This document shows, in pieces, positions 8,422 through 15,679 of a DNA stretch of 32,000 bases. Location of the stretch: positions 840,001 to 872,000 of the forward strand of contig NC_016070.1 of assembly GCF_000253055.1 (NCBI RefSeq), in the 5' to 3' direction. The notes under the pieces are model-generated. The model made no database searches. It was not told where the DNA came from and saw only the letters and a list, made by a program, of their open reading frames with translations. The DNA comes from Thermoproteus tenax Kra 1 (lineage in GTDB: Archaea > Thermoproteota > Thermoprotei > Thermoproteales > Thermoproteaceae). The position numbers and the translations under genes are program-made. The stretch's first letter is position 1; each line of letters begins with the position of its first letter.

Positions 8422-9314
8422 AGCCTCTGTTTAATTAAATCTATCCTCGGCGTTTTGAGAGGATCAATGCCTCTCTCCAGGGCCAACTTAGCTGTAGCTA
8501 ACCCCACGTGCTTCAAGAAAGTTAGTACGCCGCCTATAGTCATGTCGACTTTAAACAGCTCTCCGCCCACTAGATCCACAGTGATCTCCACTCGCCGTCT
8601 GTGCTCAAGCGGAATTTGCTCGCTCGTCAGAGCCATCAGGGGGCTGGAGGCCCCTTCTATCCAGTTGTGGTGGGCCTCAGGCAAGATCTCGACAGGCGAG
8701 TCCATCTTGGCGTTCTCGTTAATCTCATTCTTCACGCGGTAGGCGACGCCCTGCATAGAGGCTGGCGCCACGATAGTGGGCCTTCTGGATATCACAGACT
8801 TAAGTCTCTCCTCCAAGGCTGAGTCGTAGGGTAGAGAGTCCGGCAAAGCGAACTCGATCCCATAGATCCTCCTTAGGACCCAGAGGGCGGCCGTGAACAT
8901 CTGCGGCAGAGCTGCACGAGGCGCCGAGGCCTTTGGCACCCTTATTGTGGGGATGCCCAACTCCGCCAATCTACCGCCGGTAGTTATCGCGACGACGGGA
9001 ATCCCTCTGCGCAGAGCCTCTTGGGCGGCCGTTATGGTCTCTACGGTATTCCCCGAGTATGAGACTGCGATCATCAGCCCCCGCCTGCCCCTAAAGAAGT
9101 AGTCCTTCACCACCACGACGTCGAAAGGCCAGTCGTACAGAGCCGAGAGATCCCTCAAGAGATCTCCCACGACGCCCGACCCGCCCATGCCGGCGACGTA
9201 GACTCTATCGTCTGGCCCTATCTCATAGCGTCTGCCACCTACGTCGTACTTCAGCTCGAAGTCGGGCGCTCTGCGCAATATATACTGCTCCCAACGCATA
9301 TAATCTTCTATCAT
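8418..9314 (-). CDS. pgi: Bifunctional phosphoglucose/phosphomannose isomerase (SIS domain, crenarchaeal PGI/PMI type)
   Basis: Long stretches match the P. aerophilum PGI/PMI as I recall it: VSYSGNT.ET, AITTGGRLA..G.PT..VPKASAPRAALPQ, GVAYRVKNE.NENAK, VEILPEAHHNWIEG, TPRID. Confidence 0.9.
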   Translation of the reverse strand: MIEDYMRWEQYILRRAPDFELKYDVGGRRYEIGPDDRVYVAGMGGSGVVGDLLRDLSALYDWPFDVVVVKDYFFRGRRGLMIAVSYSGNTVETITAAQEALRRGIPVVAITTGGRLAELGIPTIRVPKASAPRAALPQMFTAALWVLRRIYGIEFALPDSLPYDSALEERLKSVISRRPTIVAPASMQGVAYRVKNEINENAKMDSPVEILPEAHHNWIEGASSPLMALTSEQIPLEHRRRVEITVDLVGGELFKVDMTIGGVLTFLKHVGLATAKLALERGIDPLKTPRIDLIKQRL

Positions 9315-9332
9315 ACCCAGCTATCTTCGGAG

Positions 9333-9342
9333 AGTTAAAATA
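9333..9342. promoter_or_regulatory. Single A/T box (GTTAAAATAG) shared by the divergent pgi and XPB-like genes
   Basis: This is the only A/T-rich element in the 29-47 nt spacer. It lies about 20-24 nt from the pgi ATG (9314) on the minus strand and about 22-26 nt from the in-frame GTG 9362 on the plus strand. Confidence 0.5.
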
Positions 9343-9343
9343 G

Positions 9344-11311
9344 GTGGCTCTCCGTCTTTCTGTGCGTTTTCGCGTTGTAATAAACGGCGTTGAGGTCGTC
9401 AGAGAGTGGAGTTGGGACAAGATATTGAGCGTTAAAGAGGAGTTGAAAAGAATGGGCTTTAGATGGACCGGCGATGGATGGGTGGGTAGAGTGCGCGACC
9501 CAATGCAGCTCTATACTTTAAGGACGCTCTTAGATCTCACAGACGACGAGCTCGGAAGGCTACAACAGACGGTCCAAGCGCCTCGAGGCGACGTAGTGAT
9601 GGTCGTCGGCGAGATACCCGAAAAGCTGAGGCCCTACGTCGTTGCGAGCTACGGCGCCTCAAGCGTCGTATCAGTCTCCAGATTTATCAGAGACTTCGTG
9701 TCCTCCGACAAGACCGCGATAGCACAATCGCAGTCCTACGAGGACTACGTAAGGAGGGCTGCAGAAGAGTTCAGAGCGCTGTTGAGAGGGCTGGACGTGC
9801 GCGGCGATCTGAAAAGCGCTATAGACTCGGCGATTGAAATTGCGTTGAGCTCGGAGAGGCTCAAATCGCTCTATGAGCGCAGAGTGGCGTGGAGAACCGT
9901 CGAGTTGGGCCCCACCTCAGCGGCTTTGAACTTCGCCAGCAAGGAGTTAGTAGACGAGCTGAGGTCGTTTAAGCTGGCCTACAATATTGTTGGAAAAAAC
10001 GGCGAGGTGAAGCAAACGTTTATACAATTAGTGAAGGTTTCAAGAGATAAAGAAAAGATAATATTGAAATATCCTATATTTCTCCGGAATAAAATATCAG
10101 AAATCTTAAAAAAGTATGGATATATTACTAAGATATCAGATATATCATATAAGAAACTGAGCTATAGGAGCTCGGTCAGGTTGTTGGAGTTCCAGAGAGC
10201 AGCGCTAGAGGCGTGGATCAAGTCGGGCTACCGCGGGACTGTGGCGGTGCCCACCGGCGGAGGAAAGACCTTTATAGGGCTGGGGGCTATGGCCGAGACA
10301 GGCGAGGCCACGTTGATACTCGCAGTGACAAAGGAGTTGGCTTTGCAGTGGATAGAGAGGGTAAGGAAATACCTCGGCGTCCAGGCAGGCCTACTAGGGG
10401 GCGGAAGCCACGATGTGAGAGATGTCACGGTGGCTATTTATAATTCGGCGGTAAAGTATATAGACGAGCTCATGAACAGATTCGGCCTGGTAATCTTCGA
10501 CGAGGCCCACCACGTCCCGGCTGAGACGTTCAAGGAGGTGGCTCTGGCTCTGGACTCGCCGAAGAGGTTGGCGCTCTCGGCGACGCCCAAGAGGGACGAT
10601 GGGAACGAACTGTTGATCTTCGAGGCGGTGGGCCCCCTAGTCTTCAGAGCGTCCTACAGAGAGATGATAGAGGCAGGTTTGGTAGTGCCCATAGAGCACT
10701 ACAGAGTCTACGTCAGATTGACGCCGGAGGAGGAGTCTGAGTACAAATCCGCCGAGAGGTCCACTGATAATGCCATTGTTCTCAGGAATATAGCCGCTCA
10801 AGCCTCAGCCAAGATACAAGCGGCCATTGATATAATTAAACGGGAAGTGTCTCTGGGCCACAAAGTGATAGTGTTTACCCAATTCTTGGAACAGGCCAGG
10901 GCAATATATCAGCGGTTAACGGAGCACCAGATACGCGCCGAGCTGATAACTTCGGAGGAGAGGGACAGAGACGCGGCTTTCGCTCGCTTTGCCTCAGGCC
11001 TAGTGCGCGTGGTGGTGACCACCACAGTGTTGGACGAGGGAGTCGACGTGCCTGACGCGGACGTTGCAGTGGTAGTCAGCGGTAGCGGCTCAAAGAGACA
11101 GATGATACAGCGAGTGGGCAGAATAGTGAGGGCATCCCAAGGGAAAAGCGTCGGACGAGTCTACGAGCTGGTGGCGAGAGGGACAATTGAGGAGGCTCTA
11201 TCGGAGAGTAGACACGTGGACGACATAGTAGAGGAGAGCGTATGCAAAAGGCTTTCTGAGAGCGCGCTTAGAGAGTTCCTGTCTAAGACATCGTTGTTAG
11301 AATACAAATAA
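9344..11311 (+). CDS. XPB/Rad25-type SF2 DNA helicase with a ~280-aa N-terminal extension
   Basis: Helicase motifs are present: AVPTGGGKTF (I), IFDEAHH (II), LSATPKRDDG (III plus RED-like RDD), VLDEGVDVPD (V), QRVGRIVR (VI). The start is uncertain. GTG 9344 gives the maximal ORF, but GTG 9362 fits a leaderless start better. Confidence 0.8.
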   Translation: MALRLSVRFRVVINGVEVVREWSWDKILSVKEELKRMGFRWTGDGWVGRVRDPMQLYTLRTLLDLTDDELGRLQQTVQAPRGDVVMVVGEIPEKLRPYVVASYGASSVVSVSRFIRDFVSSDKTAIAQSQSYEDYVRRAAEEFRALLRGLDVRGDLKSAIDSAIEIALSSERLKSLYERRVAWRTVELGPTSAALNFASKELVDELRSFKLAYNIVGKNGEVKQTFIQLVKVSRDKEKIILKYPIFLRNKISEILKKYGYITKISDISYKKLSYRSSVRLLEFQRAALEAWIKSGYRGTVAVPTGGGKTFIGLGAMAETGEATLILAVTKELALQWIERVRKYLGVQAGLLGGGSHDVRDVTVAIYNSAVKYIDELMNRFGLVIFDEAHHVPAETFKEVALALDSPKRLALSATPKRDDGNELLIFEAVGPLVFRASYREMIEAGLVVPIEHYRVYVRLTPEEESEYKSAERSTDNAIVLRNIAAQASAKIQAAIDIIKREVSLGHKVIVFTQFLEQARAIYQRLTEHQIRAELITSEERDRDAAFARFASGLVRVVVTTTVLDEGVDVPDADVAVVVSGSGSKRQMIQRVGRIVRASQGKSVGRVYELVARGTIEEALSESRHVDDIVEESVCKRLSESALREFLSKTSLLEYK

Positions 11312-11317
11312 AATTTC

Positions 11318-11497
11318 GTGGAGACAACTGAGGCTTGGCTCTATCTGAGCTTGGAAACTGTTATCGGGATTATAATTTTATCAATAATAGGTATAATAGT
11401 AATAAATATTTTTAAAAATATAAATCAATTATATAATTATATAGAGAATGATATAAAATATATATTAAATACAACAAGATTGATTATAAGGATATGA
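11318..11497 (+). CDS. Small hydrophobic ORF 1 of the AT-rich island (59 aa, not in the ORF track)
   Basis: I translated it by hand: VETTEAWLYLSLETVIGIIILSIIGIIVINIFKNINQLYNYIENDIKYILNTTRLIIRI. It has one TM segment, and its TGA overlaps the next ATG (ATGA at 11494-11497). The start codon is uncertain (GTG 11318 or TTG 11351). Confidence 0.35.
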   Translation: METTEAWLYLSLETVIGIIILSIIGIIVINIFKNINQLYNYIENDIKYILNTTRLIIRI

Positions 11498-11610
11498 GAC
11501 TTCTATATCAAATATTAAAAATAATTTTAATATTATTTGAAATAATAATACTATATGATATACTAATTCAATTTAAAATGCTCTTATCTTTGTTTCGATG
11601 GAGTCCATAA
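11494..11610 (+). CDS. Small hydrophobic ORF 2 of the AT-rich island (38 aa)
   Basis: I translated it by hand: MRLLYQILKIILILFEIIILYDILIQFKMLLSLFRWSP. It overlaps ORF 1 by 4 nt and ORF 3 by 13 nt. Confidence 0.3.
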   Translation: MRLLYQILKIILILFEIIILYDILIQFKMLLSLFRWSP

Positions 11611-11870
11611 CTGAGTTAATCTTTATAATTTTTATATTATTATTTCTATTACTAATCTATTATTTAATTTTAAAATTAATATTTAATATATCATTAATAA
11701 AATATAAATTTATTTTATCAAGATATGCTGTTTGTGGCGCTAACTATACTTTTACTTATTATTCGAATGAGTATAATATCTCTGCGGTCAAGGCGTGTTT
11801 AAAAATTATAGTGTTTTCCAATGGCTCCTACGCTGTTTCAACGGCTTACCTTTATGTGAGATCACGATGA
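11598..11870 (+). CDS. Small membrane-anchored ORF 3 of the AT-rich island (90 aa)
   Basis: It has an N-terminal TM helix (LIFIIFILLFLLLIYYLILKLIF). The Tyr/Ser-rich tail has 2 Cys and four N-x-S/T sequons. A 90-codon open frame in such AT-rich DNA is unexpected by chance. Confidence 0.45.
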   Translation: MESITELIFIIFILLFLLLIYYLILKLIFNISLIKYKFILSRYAVCGANYTFTYYSNEYNISAVKACLKIIVFSNGSYAVSTAYLYVRSR

Positions 11871-12132
11871 AGGTAGATCAACGGATTAAGGCGATCAGAA
11901 TCGTCTAGCTTCTTCACACATCGTCTATCGGCCGGACTTCGTCATTAGGATGCACCGTTTATTCGCCTTAAATTTTTAACTTCTCTTTAAAAATAACGTT
12001 ATTACTATATTAAACTATTATTTTTTATTATATTATTATGATTTAATTTAATTACTAAATAGAAAAATTAATTGATTATTATTTATGATCAAGAATACGT
12101 TAAATTAAAAAATATAGCACAAATTAGGCGCT

Positions 12133-12474
12133 ATGGCTGAGGGGAAGGACTTATCACAATTTCAGAGGGTGGTGATAGACCAAGACCTATGTATATCGTG
12201 CGGCGCTTGCGTTGCAGTCTGCCCCTGGCAAGCCCTCGAATTGGACGAAAACGCTAAGGCGAGGCTCATCTGGGAGAAGTGTTACGACGACTTTAGCTGT
12301 GTGGCCGCCTGCCCCGTTAAGTGTATATATAAGGTCAGCGAGGCGCCGGAGGACGCCAAAAAGAAGCCTAACTGGTACAGACTTGGCAGACAGCTATCGC
12401 CGGACGAGCAGAAGATACTCCAGAGCTGGAAGGCCAAATACGGCATACAAGTGGATCCACTGCCTCCAAGCTGA
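12133..12474 (+). CDS. Dicluster ferredoxin-like protein with a C-terminal extension
   Basis: It has CISCGACVAVCP (CxxCxxCxxxCP) and CYDDFSCVAACP (CxxDxxCxxxCP, the Asp-for-Cys variant typical of 3Fe or Asp-ligated clusters). A TATA-like box lies about 25 nt upstream. Confidence 0.85.
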   Translation: MAEGKDLSQFQRVVIDQDLCISCGACVAVCPWQALELDENAKARLIWEKCYDDFSCVAACPVKCIYKVSEAPEDAKKKPNWYRLGRQLSPDEQKILQSWKAKYGIQVDPLPPS

Positions 12475-12583
12475 TAAACTGAGCGTTTTTAATAATTTCT
12501 CAATAGTTTTACAGAGAATCTTTTACAAATATTGACATTGAAACGGTGCTATAAGCATTTTAAAGGCTATCTACGACATCACT

Positions 12584-13315
12584 GTGGACGAGCTGAGGGA
12601 AGTGGCCGACCTGTTAAATAGATCTAATTGCGCTGTAGCGCTCACTGGTGCCGGCGTCTCGACTCCCAGCGGAATTCCGGACTTTAGAGGACCTCAAGGG
12701 CTCTGGAGAAGAATAGATCCACGGAGGTTCGAGATTGCGTACTTCTATGCGCATCCCGGCGAGGTCTGGAGGTTGTTCGTGGATACGTTTCTTGCTCAAG
12801 CTGAGGCTAAGCCTAACCCTGCTCATCTGGCCTTGGCCGAACTAGAGGCCAAGGGGAAGATCTGTGCGGTGATAACGCAGAACGTCGACGGTCTGCATCA
12901 GAGGGCTGGCTCCAAGAGAGTGATCGAGCTACACGGCTCTTTGCGATATGCAGTATGTACGTCATGCGGCGCAAGATTTCCACTCTCAGAGGTCCTTAAA
13001 GGCCCTATAGACGATGCGCCGAGATGTAGAGTATGTGGCGGCGTGTTGAAGCCAGATGTGGTATTCTTTGGGGAGCCGTTGCCCTACGAGGCTCTACAAG
13101 ATGCAATGATGTTGGCGGAGCTCTCGGATGTATTTATGGCGATCGGAACATCTCTAGCGGTGGCGCCGGCCAATAGGTTGCCGTTAATAGCTAAAAGAAA
13201 GGGGGCAAAGTTGGTGATAATAAACCAAGACCCCACGGAGCTTGACGAATTCGCCGATATTATAATAAGAGGTAAAGTTGAAGAAATCTTGCCGCGCATA
13301 GCGGAGCTGATATGA
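12584..13315 (+). CDS. cobB: NAD-dependent protein deacylase, Sir2 family
   Basis: Motifs present: GAGVSTPSGIPDFRG, TQNVDGLH, ELHGS, and the zinc ribbon CxxC...CxxC (CTSCG...CRVCGG). The GTG start is about 22 nt after the GCATTTTAAAGGC box. The stop codon lies inside repeat copy (d). Confidence 0.93.
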   Translation: MDELREVADLLNRSNCAVALTGAGVSTPSGIPDFRGPQGLWRRIDPRRFEIAYFYAHPGEVWRLFVDTFLAQAEAKPNPAHLALAELEAKGKICAVITQNVDGLHQRAGSKRVIELHGSLRYAVCTSCGARFPLSEVLKGPIDDAPRCRVCGGVLKPDVVFFGEPLPYEALQDAMMLAELSDVFMAIGTSLAVAPANRLPLIAKRKGAKLVIINQDPTELDEFADIIIRGKVEEILPRIAELI

Positions 13316-13876
13316 CCGCGCTCCCCGCCCTAAAGGGCGGGGTTTCTCCTCGTCCACGCCTTCATCGGCATCCAAGATACCTCCGGCGTGAGCTCATTGG
13401 GCATGGGGCCGGGCGGCACGCCTCTATCCCTCTCGGCGTGGACGTGCTGCGTCCGCCTTCGACGTACAGCCCTATCCAGCGCCCGGCCAGCGCCTCCCCA
13501 GGCCTCTGCGGAGGCCTTCGGCGGCCCCAGACGTCGGCTCTGTACTCGCTCAGCCCCTCATACGCCGCGTATTTGGGACAGCCCGCGTAGACCTCCGACG
13601 CGGCCTCCCGGAGCATCCCGGCGGGCCCTCCGATCGCCGTATATCCGCAGTGCCCCTCCCCCGTCCTCCAGGACGCCCTTAGTCTGGGCCGCCCCATCCA
13701 CCGCTGGGCCGCCCCTCGTTGGAGCTCGCCCCCCGCGCGGGGCCCGCCCCTGCTCCTCCCTCTTTTTCTGTCATCTTCGCTAACTTTGCCATGAAAAATA
13801 CGCCAATCGGCTTAAATCCATCCCCCATCCTAAAGGGTGGGGCCTTCAGTTGTAAGCGGTGGATGTAGGAGCCCAT
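13312..13876 (-). repeat. GC-rich repeat unit A (candidate structured ncRNA on the minus strand), bounded by two copies of the palindrome
   Basis: Palindrome (e) is at 13822-13842, the box GGATTTAAGCC at 13819-13809, ATGGCAAAG at 13792-13784, and palindrome (d) at 13323-13342. The 5' ~120 nt is homologous to unit B. Positions 13345-13410 are homologous to 26785-26850. Only broken ORFs are present (37 codons, then a 111-codon ORF in another frame). Confidence 0.55.
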
Positions 13877-14005
13877 CTATATCAAACTCTCCGTAGGACG
13901 CCGGTCTCCACGCCCGGGGCTGTGGCTTCGGGCACACGGCGAGCCCACCTGTGAAGGCCGGCGTCGTGAAAGGGAAGTTGCCGAATGTCCGCTAAATCGA
14001 CTCAT

Positions 14006-14560
14006 TCATTTCGGCTCTAAGGTCGCGTGTTCACAAATTATCTTGAACGGACGCCTTGTCTCCAGCGATCTCTCCACGCTCTCTCTAAGGGCATCTATAT
14101 TTATACAACCTATGGCGCGACCCCCCTCCAATAACTTCAGAGCCTCAGAGGCCAGAAACACGAACTTATCGGCTGCCCCCTCCTGTAGCTTCACATAGGC
14201 GGCAGCCAAAATTATCAGCCCTTGAAGCCGGCCATCTCTGCTCTTTCTCCACAGAGGCTCCAACTCGGCGTGCGCCTCCCAGAACCTCTCCTCGTTGAAC
14301 AGTTGGACAAATCGGGCGATGTCTCCAGACCCTATGCGCTCCTCGTTCGTTATATCGATGATGTAGCGCACAGATCCCAATGTAGTCTCGATCCTCTCCT
14401 TGCCCCATTCTGGATCCACATCGCCTAGTACGAGCTCTATATGTTCTGAGGCCACTCTCACATTCAATACAGGCAAAACGCTCCGGAGCTCTCGCAGAAG
14501 CTTGGGTCTATCGCTCGGCGTATGACCACTATTATCAACTATATATAGATATCTCTTCAT
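14006..14560 (-). CDS. DUF309-domain protein (last gene of the six-gene operon)
   Basis: The C-terminal half (FNEERFWEAHAELEPLWRK...LQGLIILAAAYVKLQEG) matches the DUF309 signature as I remember it. The N-terminal ~80 aa are unassigned. The start overlaps the upstream stop (TAATG). Confidence 0.65.
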   Translation of the reverse strand: MKRYLYIVDNSGHTPSDRPKLLRELRSVLPVLNVRVASEHIELVLGDVDPEWGKERIETTLGSVRYIIDITNEERIGSGDIARFVQLFNEERFWEAHAELEPLWRKSRDGRLQGLIILAAAYVKLQEGAADKFVFLASEALKLLEGGRAIGCINIDALRESVERSLETRRPFKIICEHATLEPK

Positions 14561-14892
14561 TAAATTTTAACTAATATCTTCTTTAATTCTATTTGTAAAT
14601 CAACAATTACTTTTAGATCTCCATATGTTTGTTTTATACGTCTAACTTGTGCCAGTGCTCTATTTATTTGCTCCACTAAAGGCGTGTTATCCGGCAGGGG
14701 ACCGCCTGCGTAGAGCTCAACGCCCTCCCCCAGTTTTAGCTCTACGCCGAACGCTCTGGCAAGCTCGACAAATTTATGAAATCGTTCCTCTAAAGCCTCC
14801 AACGTCCCTCTGCTGTCGCGATATCTCTCAGCATATTCCTTTAGGCTCTCGAGCATCCTCTCCAATTCGCTGAGCGAGAGGAAGAGCGTCAT
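14560..14892 (-). CDS. Hypothetical helical/coiled-coil protein (110 aa), operon gene 5
   Basis: It has an ATGA overlap with the upstream gene and a TAATG overlap with the downstream gene. No motif was recognised. The C-terminal codons lie in an AT-rich patch. Confidence 0.6.
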   Translation of the reverse strand: MTLFLSLSELERMLESLKEYAERYRDSRGTLEALEERFHKFVELARAFGVELKLGEGVELYAGGPLPDNTPLVEQINRALAQVRRIKQTYGDLKVIVDLQIELKKILVKI

Positions 14893-15320
14893 TCCGACCC
14901 TATGAAATAGGCTATCTCTATATTCTTAACGCAGAACTTTATGAACTCAGGCGTCACCTCTTTACAGCCTAGCTTGTTGATCTCCACCTCGGGCTCCTTG
15001 ACCGACTCTGAGGGCTTTATCTTGGGCAACGGCGGAAACAGCTCCGGGAGTCTCTCGGGAGTTATATATGCTCTATTGGGCTCTATAACTATCGAGTAGT
15101 CCTTGAGATCCAGTTTTTGAGCCATATCGGTGGCGGCCACCACTATCTCCATTATCTCATTGAAGGCGGCATAAAGATGGCCCATCGAGCCCAGCTGGAT
15201 TAAGTATTGTCCAATCTGGCGCTGGCGCCCCAATAGGGTCGGAGTAGCCTCTATGACTTTCTGGAGCTCTCTCAGCCTCCACAGAACTTGATCGACGTTT
15301 TCCGAACTTATTATTATCAT
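14889..15320 (-). CDS. Hypothetical protein (143 aa), operon gene 4
   Basis: It has ATGA overlaps at both ends. No motif was recognised. Confidence 0.6.
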   Translation of the reverse strand: MIIISSENVDQVLWRLRELQKVIEATPTLLGRQRQIGQYLIQLGSMGHLYAAFNEIMEIVVAATDMAQKLDLKDYSIVIEPNRAYITPERLPELFPPLPKIKPSESVKEPEVEINKLGCKEVTPEFIKFCVKNIEIAYFIGSE

Positions 15321-15454
15321 AGGATTATTCTAATTCCGTTTTCTAGAGGTTGGATATATACATATTCATTTTCACCTAATATCTTTATCAAAATATCTTT
15401 TATATCTTGATCTATTGTGAGAGAAGATACTTTAACTTTTCTGAGGGACTTCAT
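15317..15454 (-). CDS. Hypothetical micro-protein (45 aa, not in the ORF track), operon gene 3
   Basis: I translated it by hand: MKSLRKVKVSSLTIDQDIKDILIKILGENEYVYIQPLENGIRIIL. It exactly bridges the two flanking genes with ATGA overlaps at both ends. Confidence 0.5.
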   Translation of the reverse strand: MKSLRKVKVSSLTIDQDIKDILIKILGENEYVYIQPLENGIRIIL

Positions 15455-15660
15455 GGGACTAGAGTTATGATATTTTTACGTATTATTACATATATTCCTC
15501 TGGGCATGATCTCCAAAAGATCTATAGGTATACTGGGCCGCTGAGGCGGCCAGATTAAGTCAACTCTCTCCCCCTTTATAACAAGAGGTTCAACTCTTCT
15601 TGCAGGTATCGCGTTTATGGTCTTATACAACAAGTTCAATTGATCAGTGTGAACGATCAT
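15451..15660 (-). CDS. Hypothetical protein (69 aa), operon gene 2
   Basis: GAGG lies 4 nt upstream of the ATG, in the 19-nt spacer after the PP-loop gene. An ATGA overlap joins it to the downstream micro-ORF. Confidence 0.55.
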   Translation of the reverse strand: MIVHTDQLNLLYKTINAIPARRVEPLVIKGERVDLIWPPQRPSIPIDLLEIMPRGIYVIIRKNIITLVP

Positions 15661-15679
15661 TGCCTCAGTTCGATGTCGG

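Noticed and set aside
11341-11362. CTATCTGAGCTT is shared exactly with 2241-2252, with some flanking similarity.
   Set aside because: A single 12-mer coincidence is expected by chance many times in a 32-kb window when both strands are considered. There is no further structure or third copy.
11312-12130. The AT-rich island could be a replication origin.
   Set aside because: There is no orc1/cdc6 or whiP gene nearby. I could find no repeated ORB or mini-ORB-like elements, only a single weak TGGAAAC at about 11352. The island is also tiled by same-strand ORFs.
12584-13315. The Sir2-domain protein could be part of a defence system (Thoeris/DSR/SIR2-HerA-like).
   Set aside because: It is a compact 243-aa CobB-type deacylase with an intact zinc ribbon and catalytic motifs. 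It has no fused effector or sensor domain and no partner genes. This fits the housekeeping protein deacetylase.
13312-13590. ORFs 13312..13590(+) and 1991..2173(-) share the N-terminus MTALPAL(K/N)GG, which suggested a small protein family.
   Set aside because: The shared residues are encoded by the 30-nt palindromic repeat itself. Similarity stops where the repeat ends, so this is a repeat artefact and not a protein family.
13362-13697. A 111-aa minus-strand ORF inside unit A contains a protein-like stretch (GHCGYTAIGGPAGMLREAASEVYAGCPKYAAYEGLSEYRADVWG).
   Set aside because: I cannot exclude a gene fragment. However, there is no start context. The ORF is out of frame with the conserved ATG module. 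The 3' part homologous to unit C is open in a different frame there. All six frames are open in this G+C-rich DNA. I kept it as part of the repeat unit instead.
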